The translations under genes were made by a program, and so were the position numbers. Positions 1 to 9,311 of a stretch of 64,000 bases of DNA are shown in pieces (position 1 is the stretch's first letter; every line of letters begins with the position of its first letter). The DNA comes from an uncultured virus (IMG/VR IMGVR_UViG_3300025402_000005) (lineage: Duplodnaviria > Heunggongvirae > Uroviricota > Caudoviricetes): IMG/VR virus record IMGVR_UViG_3300025402_000005. One strand, written 5' to 3'. Below the pieces are notes generated by a model. It searched no databases and was not told the DNA's origin. It saw only the letters and a program-made list of their open reading frames with translations.

Positions 1-1083
1 ACAACCATTGTTGGTGGATTTAATTCTGGAAACTCCAGCGCAATAAACTCTGCCAACGCAACTGTGCCAATTTTTAAGGTAAAAAATGCAGCATCTCAAA
101 CTGCCGATATTCAACAAAATCTGAACTCATCAAATACAGTCCTTTCAGGAACAAATGCCGCTGGACAGATATACGCAGGTACAACTGCAAGCGTCGTTGG
201 TTCTACAACAACTGCACTAACTTCTGCCGCGTATACATCTGCAACAGTTGCAGTCTTTACCTACGGCGGAACTTCACTTATAGCAGCAGGTCAGACCGTG
301 ACGGTGGCTGGAGTGACTGGCGGAACTTACAACGGCACTTGGGTTGTATCGGCTGCAACTACGACAACATTCACCGTGCTTGGCTCAGGATTTACAAATG
401 TGGCTGGCTCAGGTGGTACGGTACAAATTTCTGCTGTTATTTCTTCTGTTGCAAATACTGCTGCAGTTACTCCTTTGATTCTTAAAGGCGCAACCTCACA
501 AGCTGCCAATCTTCAAGAGTGGCAGAACTCTGCGGGTACGGTGCTGGTAGCGGTAGGAGCCAACGGGTCAATAACTGCACCATCGATTAACGGTGCAACA
601 ATTCCATCAGTTTCAGACACACTTGTTGGTAGAGCAACTACCGACACCCTCACTAACAAAACCCTTACATCTCCAGTAATTAACGGTGGCGTAGTAACCA
701 GCCTTCTTGAAGGTGCTAACACGGTAGCCTCAGCCGCAACGGGAACAATTAACTTTGATGTGATTACCTCATCCGTTTGGTATTACACGACTTCGGCTTC
801 CGCTAACTTCACACTTAACTTTCGAGGCAACTCAGGAACAACCCTTAACACGCTTCTTGCTAATAACCAATCAGTCACCTGCGTATTTCTCAACACTAAC
901 GGCGCAACGCCTTACTACGCTTCAGCAATCACCATTGACGGAACCTCAGTCACACCTAAGTGGCAAGGTGGAACCGCACCTACCGCTGGTAACGCCTCAG
1001 CCATTGATGCTTATTCTTACACGATCTACAAGACCGCCTCAGCAACTTATACGATTTTCGCCTCTCAAACAAAGTTTGCGTAA
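1..1083 (+). CDS. Tail fibre/virion appendage protein, 5'-truncated by window edge
   Basis: Frame is open from base 1 (TTIVGGFNSG...). Ser/Thr/Gly-rich, with LKGATSQAANLQEWQNSAG and TDTLTNKTLTSPVI repeats and a C-terminal PKWQGGTAPT..IDAYSY domain typical of phage fibre tips. Confidence 0.7.
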   Translation, partial: TTIVGGFNSGNSSAINSANATVPIFKVKNAASQTADIQQNLNSSNTVLSGTNAAGQIYAGTTASVVGSTTTALTSAAYTSATVAVFTYGGTSLIAAGQTVTVAGVTGGTYNGTWVVSAATTTTFTVLGSGFTNVAGSGGTVQISAVISSVANTAAVTPLILKGATSQAANLQEWQNSAGTVLVAVGANGSITAPSINGATIPSVSDTLVGRATTDTLTNKTLTSPVINGGVVTSLLEGANTVASAATGTINFDVITSSVWYYTTSASANFTLNFRGNSGTTLNTLLANNQSVTCVFLNTNGATPYYASAITIDGTSVTPKWQGGTAPTAGNASAIDAYSYTIYKTASATYTIFASQTKFA

Positions 1084-1085
1084 AA

Positions 1086-1679
1086 ATGCCATTACTACAA
1101 ACAAAAGCGGATGCTTCAGCGTGGGGTTATGGATTTTTAGGAGCTACTGCCTCAACAAGTAACTTTTTTTTGATTAGCCAACAAGTGCTTGGCTCTACAT
1201 CTGCAACTGTTACTTTTTCTTCTATACCAAATACATATAAATCTTTACAGTTGCGTGTTTTAGCAAGAGATACGGGTGGCGGAGCAGCGCAAGATGCTGG
1301 GTATCTTGTTAATTTTAATTCTGATACTGGCAATAACTATACTTGGCATAAACTTCAAGCATTTGGATCTGGAAGTGTAAGCGCTATAGGTTATGTCTCT
1401 GAAAATTTAACATTTTCTTTTGGAAATGCTTCTAATGGAACAACATCAGGAGTTTTTGGTGTTTCTGTTTACGACATTATTGACTATTCATCTACATCTA
1501 AATATAAAACAACAAAATACTTTGGTGGAATGAACGATAATGGCACTACCGCAGCGGCATATATGGGACTAGGATCTGGTTTGTGGATGAATACATCTGC
1601 TATAAATAACATTTTAATAACTGCTGGCGTAACCGCTTTTGCAAGTGGTTCTAAATTTTCACTTTACGGAGTATCATAA
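1086..1679 (+). CDS. Virion structural protein, paralogue 1 of a triplet
   Basis: FLISQQVLGSTSATVTFSSIPNTYKSLQL...FSLYGV motif shared with the next two ORFs. Confidence 0.6.
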   Translation: MPLLQTKADASAWGYGFLGATASTSNFFLISQQVLGSTSATVTFSSIPNTYKSLQLRVLARDTGGGAAQDAGYLVNFNSDTGNNYTWHKLQAFGSGSVSAIGYVSENLTFSFGNASNGTTSGVFGVSVYDIIDYSSTSKYKTTKYFGGMNDNGTTAAAYMGLGSGLWMNTSAINNILITAGVTAFASGSKFSLYGVS

Positions 1680-2173
1680 TGGCAACAGCCACATTCGTAC
1701 CAATCGCCACTCAAACGCTTGGATCTGCTGCCGCCTCTATCACTTTCTCATCAATCCCTGGCACCTATACGGATTTGAGGTTGGTGTTGACTTGTACGAC
1801 ATCGGTAGCGGATTCAGTAATCGTTCAATACAACGCGGATACGGCAACCAACTACTCAGCAACACTTCTCACGGGTAGCGGTGCGGCGGGGGCTTCAACC
1901 AATACGACATCAGCAACTTCAATTCGCCTTCACAATGTCGGGCAGACAAGTACTACAGTTTCCAAAACTTTTAGCCTTGATGTTTTTTCTTACGCTGGTT
2001 CAACCAATAAGACTGCGCTTGCGACATCGGCAACTGATACCAACGGCGCAGGTTCGGTGGAATTGACTGTCGGACTTTGGCGATCTACTTCTGCGATAAC
2101 TCAAGTCACTCTAAAACTCCTCGGCGGTAATAACTTTGCTATCGGTTCAATCGCAACACTTTGGGGTATCTAA
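1679..2173 (+). CDS. Virion structural protein, paralogue 2
   Basis: PIATQTLGSAAASITFSSIPGTYTDLRLV...ATLWGI; TAATG coupling with upstream gene. Confidence 0.6.
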   Translation: MATATFVPIATQTLGSAAASITFSSIPGTYTDLRLVLTCTTSVADSVIVQYNADTATNYSATLLTGSGAAGASTNTTSATSIRLHNVGQTSTTVSKTFSLDVFSYAGSTNKTALATSATDTNGAGSVELTVGLWRSTSAITQVTLKLLGGNNFAIGSIATLWGI

Positions 2174-2700
2174 TGGCTAATCCAACTTTCACCCTTATCT
2201 CATCTCAAACCCTCGGCGGTACAACTGCCAGCGTAACTTTCTCCTCGATTCCAGCGACCTATAACGACTTGAAGTTGGTTGTGAGTGCGAGGGGGGATAC
2301 GGCGGCATTTCCAGTCGCGGTAAAGATTGCGATCAACGGAGATTCGGCTACCAACTATTCCTATACAAATCTGCTCGGCAATTCGTCAGCGGCTTCATCT
2401 ACTAGAGCCTCAAGTGCCACCTCTGACTTGATAGCGAACGTGGATGGCGCGAGTGCTACGGCTTCAACTTTCGGAGCGTGGGAAATCTACATACCGAACT
2501 ACAACTCAACGGGAAGCAAGCCGTTCTTTGGAATTGATGTAATTGAAACTAATGACACGACAGCGAGCCATGCTGAGATTCAAGCGAACGCTCATCTTTA
2601 TCGTGGCGCGAGTGGAATTACCTCAATCGTCTTAACGCCTAACTCTGGCAACTTTGTTCAGTACAGCAATTTTTATTTATACGGTATCAAAAACTCATAA
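2173..2700 (+). CDS. Virion structural protein, paralogue 3
   Basis: TLISSQTLGGTTASVTFSSIPATYNDLKLV...FYLYGIK; start moved to ATG 2173 (TAATG overlap). Confidence 0.6.
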   Translation: MANPTFTLISSQTLGGTTASVTFSSIPATYNDLKLVVSARGDTAAFPVAVKIAINGDSATNYSYTNLLGNSSAASSTRASSATSDLIANVDGASATASTFGAWEIYIPNYNSTGSKPFFGIDVIETNDTTASHAEIQANAHLYRGASGITSIVLTPNSGNFVQYSNFYLYGIKNS

Positions 2701-2712
2701 GGGAGATAACAA

Positions 2713-2937
2713 ATGGCTGATGTTCTAATCGTGGATTGCACAACAGGAGAAGTGACAACTCGCCCACAGACGGCTGAGGAGATTGCGGCTCAAGAGGTTG
2801 CGGCACAAACGGCACAGGCGCAGGCGGATGCTAAGGTTAAGGCTGAAGCCGATGCACAAGCCGCTAAATCAAGCGCAATTTCTAAGTTGGCTAAGTTGGG
2901 TTTGACTGATGAGGAAATCGCCGCATTGGTAGGCTAA
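2713..2937 (+). CDS. Small helical protein, putative fibre assembly/chaperone
   Basis: GGAG RBS; VDCTTGEVTTRP..EEIAA, Ala-rich coil, KLAKLGLTDEEIAAL tail. Confidence 0.55.
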   Translation: MADVLIVDCTTGEVTTRPQTAEEIAAQEVAAQTAQAQADAKVKAEADAQAAKSSAISKLAKLGLTDEEIAALVG

Positions 2938-3022
2938 CCCAATGGCTAACTACCGCTAAAGCGTAATCCCCGAAAACAACCAAGTAGTATCCACCGTACT
3001 AACTAACAGAAAGAGAAATAAA

Positions 3023-3253
3023 ATGGCAATAGATTACTCAGCACTACTTACAGACGAGCAGAAGCGCAACCTACTACAGCAGCGCATTACTCAGTTTGCT
3101 AGTGAGGCATACCAGCATGACCTTAATAAGCAAGTAGCTGTTTCTTCTGGAAACACAGAAGGCGTTACCGCAGCTGATGAAGCTTTGACAGTTCTTGAAA
3201 CAGCTATCAAAGTCCATCAAGATGTTCTATCAGCTTTGCCTGTTCAAGAATAA
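3023..3253 (+). CDS. Hypothetical helical protein
   Basis: 76-aa ORF in the structural operon. Confidence 0.55.
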   Translation: MAIDYSALLTDEQKRNLLQQRITQFASEAYQHDLNKQVAVSSGNTEGVTAADEALTVLETAIKVHQDVLSALPVQE

Positions 3254-3278
3254 CAATAACCTTTAAGAAAGGCTACCC

Positions 3279-4763
3279 ATGTCTCAATTAATGTACTATG
3301 ACACTGGCTCAAGCCAATGGCTTCCAGTTGTCGTGGGCGCGCAAGGTATTCAGGGTACTCAAGGCTCAGTTGGAACGCAAGGACTTCAAGGAACGCAAGG
3401 ACTTCAAGGCGTACAGGGCTTGCAAGGACTACAAGGCACTCAGCCAACAGTTTCTATGCAGACTTGGCGTTACACCGCAACAGGTGGCGAAACAACTCTA
3501 AGCGGCACAGACGGCTTCTCTACGACTCTTGCCTACACAGTCGGCGCAGAGCAGGTATTCATCAACGGCGTTCTTCTCGTTCGCGGAACTGACTACACCG
3601 CTTCAACAGGTACTTCGATCACAGGGCTTACTGCTCTTGTCGCAGGAGATTCTGCCGAAGTCGTATCGCCTAGCAGCTTTACAGTCGCTAACGCTATTCC
3701 GCTTGCAACAATCGCAGCTAAGGGCGACCTTGTTGTCGGTACTGCATCAGGCACAGTCACCAACCTCGGCGTAGGCGCTGACGGGTCAACACTCGTGGCA
3801 AACTCTTCTGCTGGTGGTGGGGTAAGTTGGTCTGGGCCTAGCGCTACGGCTGGCAAAAACGCAGTTATCAACGGTGGTATGGATATTTGGCAACGAGGCG
3901 CAGGTTCATTTACCTCATCTGGTTCTGCTACTTACACCGCAGACCGCTGGTACACGGCAACATCAAATACCGCTATTTCTCAAGAAACAACAACAATCCC
4001 TAGCGGATTTAGATATTCTATGAAAATTGCATCAAGCGCAACGCAAACTTGGTATGTAAATCAAATTGTTGAAACTGCTAATGCGCTTCAGTTTGCTGGT
4101 CAAAATGTCACCGTTTCTGGATTATTCTCTGCATCTGTTTCAACTGGTATGTCTATCGCAGTTGCTTATTCAACAACAGTTGATGCTCCAAACTCAACAA
4201 GTTGGACTGGAATGAGCCTAATAAGTGGTGGCTCTGGAACGGCAGTCAGCGGCTCATTTACCAAAATAAGCGGAGTATTCGCAGTTCCATCTACCGCCAA
4301 AACTTTGCTTGTATATTTTTACCCATCAAGCGGAGTATCAAGCGGAACAAACATTTGGGTTAGCGGCGTACAGTTAGAAGCAGGTTCAGTTGCTACCCCA
4401 TTCAGCCGTAACGCCAGCACACTTCAGGGGGAGTTAGCCGCTTGTCAGAGGTATTACTACTCAGCGGCATCGGGTAGCCCAACCCCACTTGGAAACTTTA
4501 TCTACATCACCAGTAGCCAAGTGCGCTCAACAATCCCATTCCCAGTTTCAATGCGTACCACGCCAACCATCGTCAATGCCGCTGGTGCGTACTACACGCT
4601 AGAAACAACCGCAGCAACAGTCAGTTCGTTTGGCATAAATGTAGCCAACCCTAATATGGCAAACATCTATGGAACTGCATCAGCCACTTCAACAATCGGC
4701 TATTCATCAACTATCTACATCAGCAATGCTGCTGGTTCATTAGCCTTTAGCGCGGAGTTATAA
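3279..4763 (+). CDS. Tail fibre protein with collagen-like repeat and CBM-like C-terminal tip
   Basis: Gly-X-Gln repeats; GKNAVINGGMDIWQRG...ADRW...GVQLEAGSVATPF...ELAACQRYY...FSAEL. Confidence 0.75.
   Translation: MSQLMYYDTGSSQWLPVVVGAQGIQGTQGSVGTQGLQGTQGLQGVQGLQGLQGTQPTVSMQTWRYTATGGETTLSGTDGFSTTLAYTVGAEQVFINGVLLVRGTDYTASTGTSITGLTALVAGDSAEVVSPSSFTVANAIPLATIAAKGDLVVGTASGTVTNLGVGADGSTLVANSSAGGGVSWSGPSATAGKNAVINGGMDIWQRGAGSFTSSGSATYTADRWYTATSNTAISQETTTIPSGFRYSMKIASSATQTWYVNQIVETANALQFAGQNVTVSGLFSASVSTGMSIAVAYSTTVDAPNSTSWTGMSLISGGSGTAVSGSFTKISGVFAVPSTAKTLLVYFYPSSGVSSGTNIWVSGVQLEAGSVATPFSRNASTLQGELAACQRYYYSAASGSPTPLGNFIYITSSQVRSTIPFPVSMRTTPTIVNAAGAYYTLETTAATVSSFGINVANPNMANIYGTASATSTIGYSSTIYISNAAGSLAFSAEL
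3372..3407 (+). repeat. 18-bp tandem repeat GGAACGCAAGGACTTCAA x2 in the collagen-like region
   Basis: Read directly; encodes GTQGLQ x2. Confidence 0.85.
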
Positions 4764-4765
4764 TT

Positions 4766-4939
4766 ATGACTAGAGAATATACAGTTGAAACCAACCCATC
4801 GGGTCAGGAACTTATCTCCTACGAGGAAAACGGCCTTCGCTACTCTTTCCTTGCCGACCCTGCAAATGCCGATTATCAGGCATACCTCAATAAAGACACA
4901 CTCGTATCCAACTCTTCAACACCACAGGCAGGTGCATAA
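4766..4939 (+). CDS. 57-aa putative tail-fibre chaperone (not in ORF track)
   Basis: MTREYTVETNPSGQELISYEENGLRYSFLADPANADYQAYLNKDTLVSNSSTPQAGA; fills the gap exactly and overlaps next start (TAATG). Confidence 0.7.
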   Translation: MTREYTVETNPSGQELISYEENGLRYSFLADPANADYQAYLNKDTLVSNSSTPQAGA

Positions 4940-5943
4940 TGTCACGCGCACAACTTACAAGTACGGTAGAGCAGTCAAGCGGTGGGGCAGTAGCTCCGTT
5001 CGTTGCTGGCAAGAACAAGATTATCAACGGCGATTTCGGCATTTGGCAACGCGGTACTTCGTTTAGCGGAATTGGAAATTTGACCTACACCGCAGACCGT
5101 TGGTTCACCGAAACAGGTGGAACTGCGAATGTGACTCAGCAAGCCTTTACGCCCGGAACTGCACCAGTAGCAGGGTACGAAGCGCCTTATTTCTTGCAGT
5201 ATGCAACCGCAACCACAGCAACAGTTCACGGCCTTGACCAGCGAATTGAAGATGTAAGAACTTTGGCTGGCCAAACCGTAACAATATCAGCGTGGATGAA
5301 AGCAAATGCCGCAACCACAATGACTGTAATTGGCTCTCAAGCATTTGGCTCAGGTGGTTCTGCTGGAAATGATATTGGTTCAACAACTTGGACTTTGGGA
5401 ACTTCTTGGCAGCGTTTTACTTGGACAGTAACAATGACTTCGGTAGCGGGTAAAACTATCGGCGCTGGCTCATCAACAAACATCCGATTCCTAAACCTAA
5501 CAAATGCTGCTTTTACTTTTCAGATTTGGGGCGTACAGGTTGAGGCGGGTTCAGTAGCCACTCCATTCACCACCGCATCAGGCACACTCCAAGGAGAGTT
5601 AAGCCTCTGCCAGAGGTACTATCAACGCTTTACCGCTGGAAGTGCGGCTGCATACTGGCGTATTGCTATTGGGCAAAATTTGAATACAACTCAAAGTCAA
5701 TTTGTGTTTCCCTTGAGAACAACGATGAGAGGCGTACCTGCTTACAACGCTTCTGGTTCATTTACAGTTCGCCAAGGAGATTCTGCAATCGGTACTTCTG
5801 CTCCAATTTTACAAGGTGATGGAACAACTGCTGATTCAGCAGGTTTAATTGCGGCAGTATCGGGAGCAACAGTTGCTTATGGTTGCTATCTGCGAACCGA
5901 AAACTCAACATCAGCATACTTAGAGTTTAGTGCGGAGTTATAA
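4939..5943 (+). CDS. Tail fibre tip protein, paralogue of the 3279-4763 C-terminus
   Basis: GKNKIINGDFGIWQRG...ADRW...GVQVEAGSVATPF...ELSLCQRYY...FSAEL. Confidence 0.75.
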   Translation: MSRAQLTSTVEQSSGGAVAPFVAGKNKIINGDFGIWQRGTSFSGIGNLTYTADRWFTETGGTANVTQQAFTPGTAPVAGYEAPYFLQYATATTATVHGLDQRIEDVRTLAGQTVTISAWMKANAATTMTVIGSQAFGSGGSAGNDIGSTTWTLGTSWQRFTWTVTMTSVAGKTIGAGSSTNIRFLNLTNAAFTFQIWGVQVEAGSVATPFTTASGTLQGELSLCQRYYQRFTAGSAAAYWRIAIGQNLNTTQSQFVFPLRTTMRGVPAYNASGSFTVRQGDSAIGTSAPILQGDGTTADSAGLIAAVSGATVAYGCYLRTENSTSAYLEFSAEL

Positions 5944-6110
5944 TGAACGAATACACATACACAATTCCAACTGACCCAATAACAGGTCAGCCATCAACAT
6001 CGTTAATCATTCGCTCAGATGGTTGGCAAATTCCCACCGACCCTTCTAATTCTATGTATCAAGCTTATCTAGCCACACTTGCAGCCAACTCTTCTACACC
6101 ACAGGGGTAG
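5943..6110 (+). CDS. 55-aa putative tail-fibre chaperone (not in ORF track)
   Basis: MNEYTYTIPTDP...IPTDPSNSMYQAYLATLAANSSTPQG; shares DPxNxxYQAYL and NSSTPQ with 4766-4939. Confidence 0.7.
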   Translation: MNEYTYTIPTDPITGQPSTSLIIRSDGWQIPTDPSNSMYQAYLATLAANSSTPQG

Positions 6111-6269
6111 GGAACACTCCACAGAGAGTTAGGGTATAATAAACTGTCCACTGGGTTGTTCTCAATGGAACTACGAATCTGACTCGCCGTTACAGCGGTG
6201 AGCAGTCGTACCTGTTACCCTTGCAACATGGATTTTAGTCAAACTTTATCTGAGGCTCTTGAAACATAA

Positions 6270-6839
6270 TTAACCTATATTCTTTATATTGTTAAGGCAA
6301 GCTTGGATATATTCATCAACCATAGAGTACTCGTTTAATAAATGGCGGAAAAGGTATCTACTCTCATCCGGTCTTCCGATCCACCACCCACTTACCGCCT
6401 TCTCAAATAAGAGTACGTACTCCCCAAAGTATCCGACATCCGCAGGAAGTTCTGGAAAATGAGACCCTTTGCGATCTTCAGCAGCTAGTCCCATACAAGC
6501 CCAGCTATATGCCTCTTGCCAAGCCCCAGCTGTTTGAAAGTAGTTAGCCATCTTGAAGTAAGCCTCTGGGCGTTCAGGCCAAAAAGCCACAGCTTGTAGT
6601 AAAGCATTAGTGACGCTGTGCTCTCTCCCACTCTGGTCGTTAAAGCACCTAGCTACCTTTAAAAGAGAGGTGTAAATAACGGAGGCATCTTCTTCTTTTC
6701 CAAATTCAATAGCCCTTAGGTAAAAGGAAACCGCGGACGCTGTTTGATTAATCTTTTCATACTCAATAGCGGCATCGAAGTTCTTTTTGGAGTTAAATGG
6801 ATCTTTAGAGAGTTCGATAACTAGATCTTCAATTGCCAT
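6270..6839 (-). CDS. TPR-like helical repeat protein
   Basis: AVSFYLRAIE, PERPEAYFKMANYF TPR-like patterns. Confidence 0.6.
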   Translation of the reverse strand: MAIEDLVIELSKDPFNSKKNFDAAIEYEKINQTASAVSFYLRAIEFGKEEDASVIYTSLLKVARCFNDQSGREHSVTNALLQAVAFWPERPEAYFKMANYFQTAGAWQEAYSWACMGLAAEDRKGSHFPELPADVGYFGEYVLLFEKAVSGWWIGRPDESRYLFRHLLNEYSMVDEYIQACLNNIKNIG

Positions 6840-7827
6840 AGTTAAGCGCCTCCTCTACCAACTCATCTACTATAGACCCGGGTGTGCGAAGAACAAAAGC
6901 CGCATTATCTTGAAAGCCAAAGCTAATAAGAAGATCGCCATTATGACAAGCAGCTCCAACACAAAACTCTATAAGTCCGTCCAAAAACTTAAACTGTTTA
7001 GATATCCCTATAAGGTTCATGTCGTCATCCCAGACCAACAACCGATGGAAGTAATGCCCATCCTTTTGGTTTAGGTAATTCTTAAACAAGTTAACATCAT
7101 GTGTTATAGATATGTAGTGGTCTTTCCATCTAATCACATGAGAGCTACCGCGCTGATCCATGGGGGTTACAAGCCCTTGTCTAACAGAGACCTGCTCAGT
7201 CTTAGGCTCATTAGGGTCGGCTTTTACAATCTCAACAGGGCTAGTCCATTTAACAAAGTGATACGGCTTGTGAAGAATAGGAACCCAGTTCTTCTCACAA
7301 TAAGAGGTATCTGGAGCAGGTGCTGGTATGCGCACACGCTTAGTTTCTGTAGCCACCCAGTTCTCTTTATCCAAAGTAACATGGGAATACTCCATGCGAC
7401 CTTGACCATTAGTGGTGGTATCTCTACGAACACCGATCAAGTAGTACTGCCCCTCCCATTGAACAAGGCGGCAATCCTCTAGACCAACAAATTCCCAGAT
7501 AGGCTCGTGGAGTTTAAGCATATCCACATGAGCAAAGTTGGTCATGATTAGATCGTCGTTAAGACGGCAGATATAGTTCTCTGTTACTAGCCGCTGATCC
7601 TTTTCAGGATGAAGGTAAGAAAGAGGACCCCAACGAGAGGGGAACAGTTGGCGGTTTTCAGAATGATACAGAGTGTAATTAACATGGCGAAGGTTGACAA
7701 GGATATCCCCGTCGTCATCGATATAGATAGAGGGATTCATGAGGCCGGTGCCAGAAGTCAGCCCTTTAGGAATAACAAGAGGAGCTAACTTACCTCCTTG
7801 AGAAACTGATCTTTGTACCAAATTCAT
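6829..7827 (-). CDS. Five-bladed beta-propeller, glycosidase-like (GH43/GH130-like clan)
   Basis: NPSI, GLEDCRL, CEKNWVP, RGSS, IEFCVG, SFGFQD motifs. Confidence 0.6.
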   Translation of the reverse strand: MNLVQRSVSQGGKLAPLVIPKGLTSGTGLMNPSIYIDDDGDILVNLRHVNYTLYHSENRQLFPSRWGPLSYLHPEKDQRLVTENYICRLNDDLIMTNFAHVDMLKLHEPIWEFVGLEDCRLVQWEGQYYLIGVRRDTTTNGQGRMEYSHVTLDKENWVATETKRVRIPAPAPDTSYCEKNWVPILHKPYHFVKWTSPVEIVKADPNEPKTEQVSVRQGLVTPMDQRGSSHVIRWKDHYISITHDVNLFKNYLNQKDGHYFHRLLVWDDDMNLIGISKQFKFLDGLIEFCVGAACHNGDLLISFGFQDNAAFVLRTPGSIVDELVEEALNYGN

Positions 7828-7847
7828 GAAAGAAGTTTATCAGAGTA

Positions 7848-9185
7848 TTAAAGCTCTGCGCTAAAAGACGTACGAGCCCCCACCCTTACATACCCAGACC
7901 ATCCAGCAGTTTGAGCGGCTATAGTGTAAGCAAATGCTGCGCTTTGGGTAGTTATTTCATCTAATGTAACAGCAGTGGGTACACTGCCCGCGCCATTTAT
8001 ATACACTGCTGCGTTAGCTATAGAACCTGTTACGGTTGGAGGTACGCGCATTGTTACAGGAAGATGTACTGGAAAATAGCATAATGTAGTTGTGTACATA
8101 GTGCCTGTAGTCCTAATACCAATAGGGGTTTCCCAATAGTATCTTTGACATAAAGCTAATTCGGCACCATAAGTCGCTCCTGCGCGAGAAAAGACAGTAG
8201 CTGTTGTTCCATTTTCTAGTTGAACGCCAGTTAGTTCAAAATAATCATTAGCTCCAGCTGTGCCTGAGGGTGTGTAAGCGAACACAATTCCAAGCTCAGT
8301 TGCAGCAGACGGCACTAAGAAAGTGGTAGAGAATCTTTGCCATGATGTAGTTAATGTTACGCTAGTAACGGTTATATTAGTTTGACCCGTGAACCCAACG
8401 ATGATACTTTCGTCGGAGCCTGTTCCGTAAACAACAGCAAGTCCAAACGCACTCGCTGCACTTGAGTAGTTAGCACCAGCTCGTGCGTAGTAGCTAATAG
8501 TAGCCCATTGACCAGCAAATCTTAATGCGTCTCTAGATTCAATGTTGTGTGCAACTATAGTTGTCTGCGTTGTTACCGTATCTCCAGCATTTCTTTGAGC
8601 TCGCAAGCACCAGGTAAACCCGCCTAACCCAGAGTACTGTTGTGTAGTTGTAAGGCCTGTTGTGTAGTTTCCTCTAACCGATATCCATCTATCCGCTGTA
8701 AATGTATTAGGTTCTACAGTTGGATTAGTGTAAACATTTAAACCATATGCAGTTCCGCCAGACGTCCAAGTGCCTGTGGTGGTGGCGGCTATAGTAAAAC
8801 TTGTACCTGAAGCTGCGGTCACTACCCCAGCGGCGTTAAGAGTAGTAGGAACTGCGCTTAACACTTGAACGAATTGTCCAACTACAAAAGTGTTAGCTGC
8901 AGTGTAGGTAGTTGTTGTCCCAGCAGTAGCCCCAGTTATAGTCGCGGTAGTTTGGGTGTTTCTTTGCCAGACGTCCATCCCGCCATTTAAAATGTAATTT
9001 TTACCGGCAGCGGCTGGGCTAGCTGCTTGATACCCCAGAGAATTCCAGAGGGTTACCCCATCACCTATCTTAAAGTTGTGGGTGTCGGTCTCATAGCCCA
9101 TTTCGCCTACGGCAAGAAGGGGGTTAGTGGTAGTCCATACGGCAGCTGTAGAGCTACGCTGTTGAAGGGTAGTTTGTAGCGCCAT
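7848..9185 (-). CDS. Tail fibre protein with Mtd N-terminal-like domain and paralogous CBM-like tip
   Basis: N-term QQRSSTAAVWTTTNPLLAVGEMGYETDTHNFKIGDGVTLWNSLGY (Mtd_N/hyaluronidase N-terminal type); GKNYILNGGMDVWQR...ELALCQRYY...FSAEL. Confidence 0.75.
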   Translation of the reverse strand: MALQTTLQQRSSTAAVWTTTNPLLAVGEMGYETDTHNFKIGDGVTLWNSLGYQAASPAAAGKNYILNGGMDVWQRNTQTTATITGATAGTTTTYTAANTFVVGQFVQVLSAVPTTLNAAGVVTAASGTSFTIAATTTGTWTSGGTAYGLNVYTNPTVEPNTFTADRWISVRGNYTTGLTTTQQYSGLGGFTWCLRAQRNAGDTVTTQTTIVAHNIESRDALRFAGQWATISYYARAGANYSSAASAFGLAVVYGTGSDESIIVGFTGQTNITVTSVTLTTSWQRFSTTFLVPSAATELGIVFAYTPSGTAGANDYFELTGVQLENGTTATVFSRAGATYGAELALCQRYYWETPIGIRTTGTMYTTTLCYFPVHLPVTMRVPPTVTGSIANAAVYINGAGSVPTAVTLDEITTQSAAFAYTIAAQTAGWSGYVRVGARTSFSAEL

Positions 9186-9311
9186 TAAATAAATCCTCCG
9201 TATTTTAGTGCCTATCTAGTGTATCAGAGGGGTACCACTATTAAGGCGGGTTAGGTAAGACAAGAAGGCTAGGAATGGGGATAATTTAGGCACAGAGATT
9301 TAAGGAGCAAC

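Noticed and set aside
6111..6132. GGAACACTCCACAGAGAGTTAG resembling fibre sequence at 5581-5602
   Set aside because: Too short and mismatched to call a template repeat; may be chance or a relic gene end
3279..9185. Diversity-generating retroelement suggested by the Mtd-N domain and paralogous tips
   Set aside because: No reverse transcriptase ORF in the window, and no ~100-bp near-identical template/variable repeat pair differing only at adenines was seen; the paralogues differ at all base types
6110..9300. Invertible tail-fibre segment (Gin/Cin type)
   Set aside because: No flanking inverted repeats and no recombinase gene found
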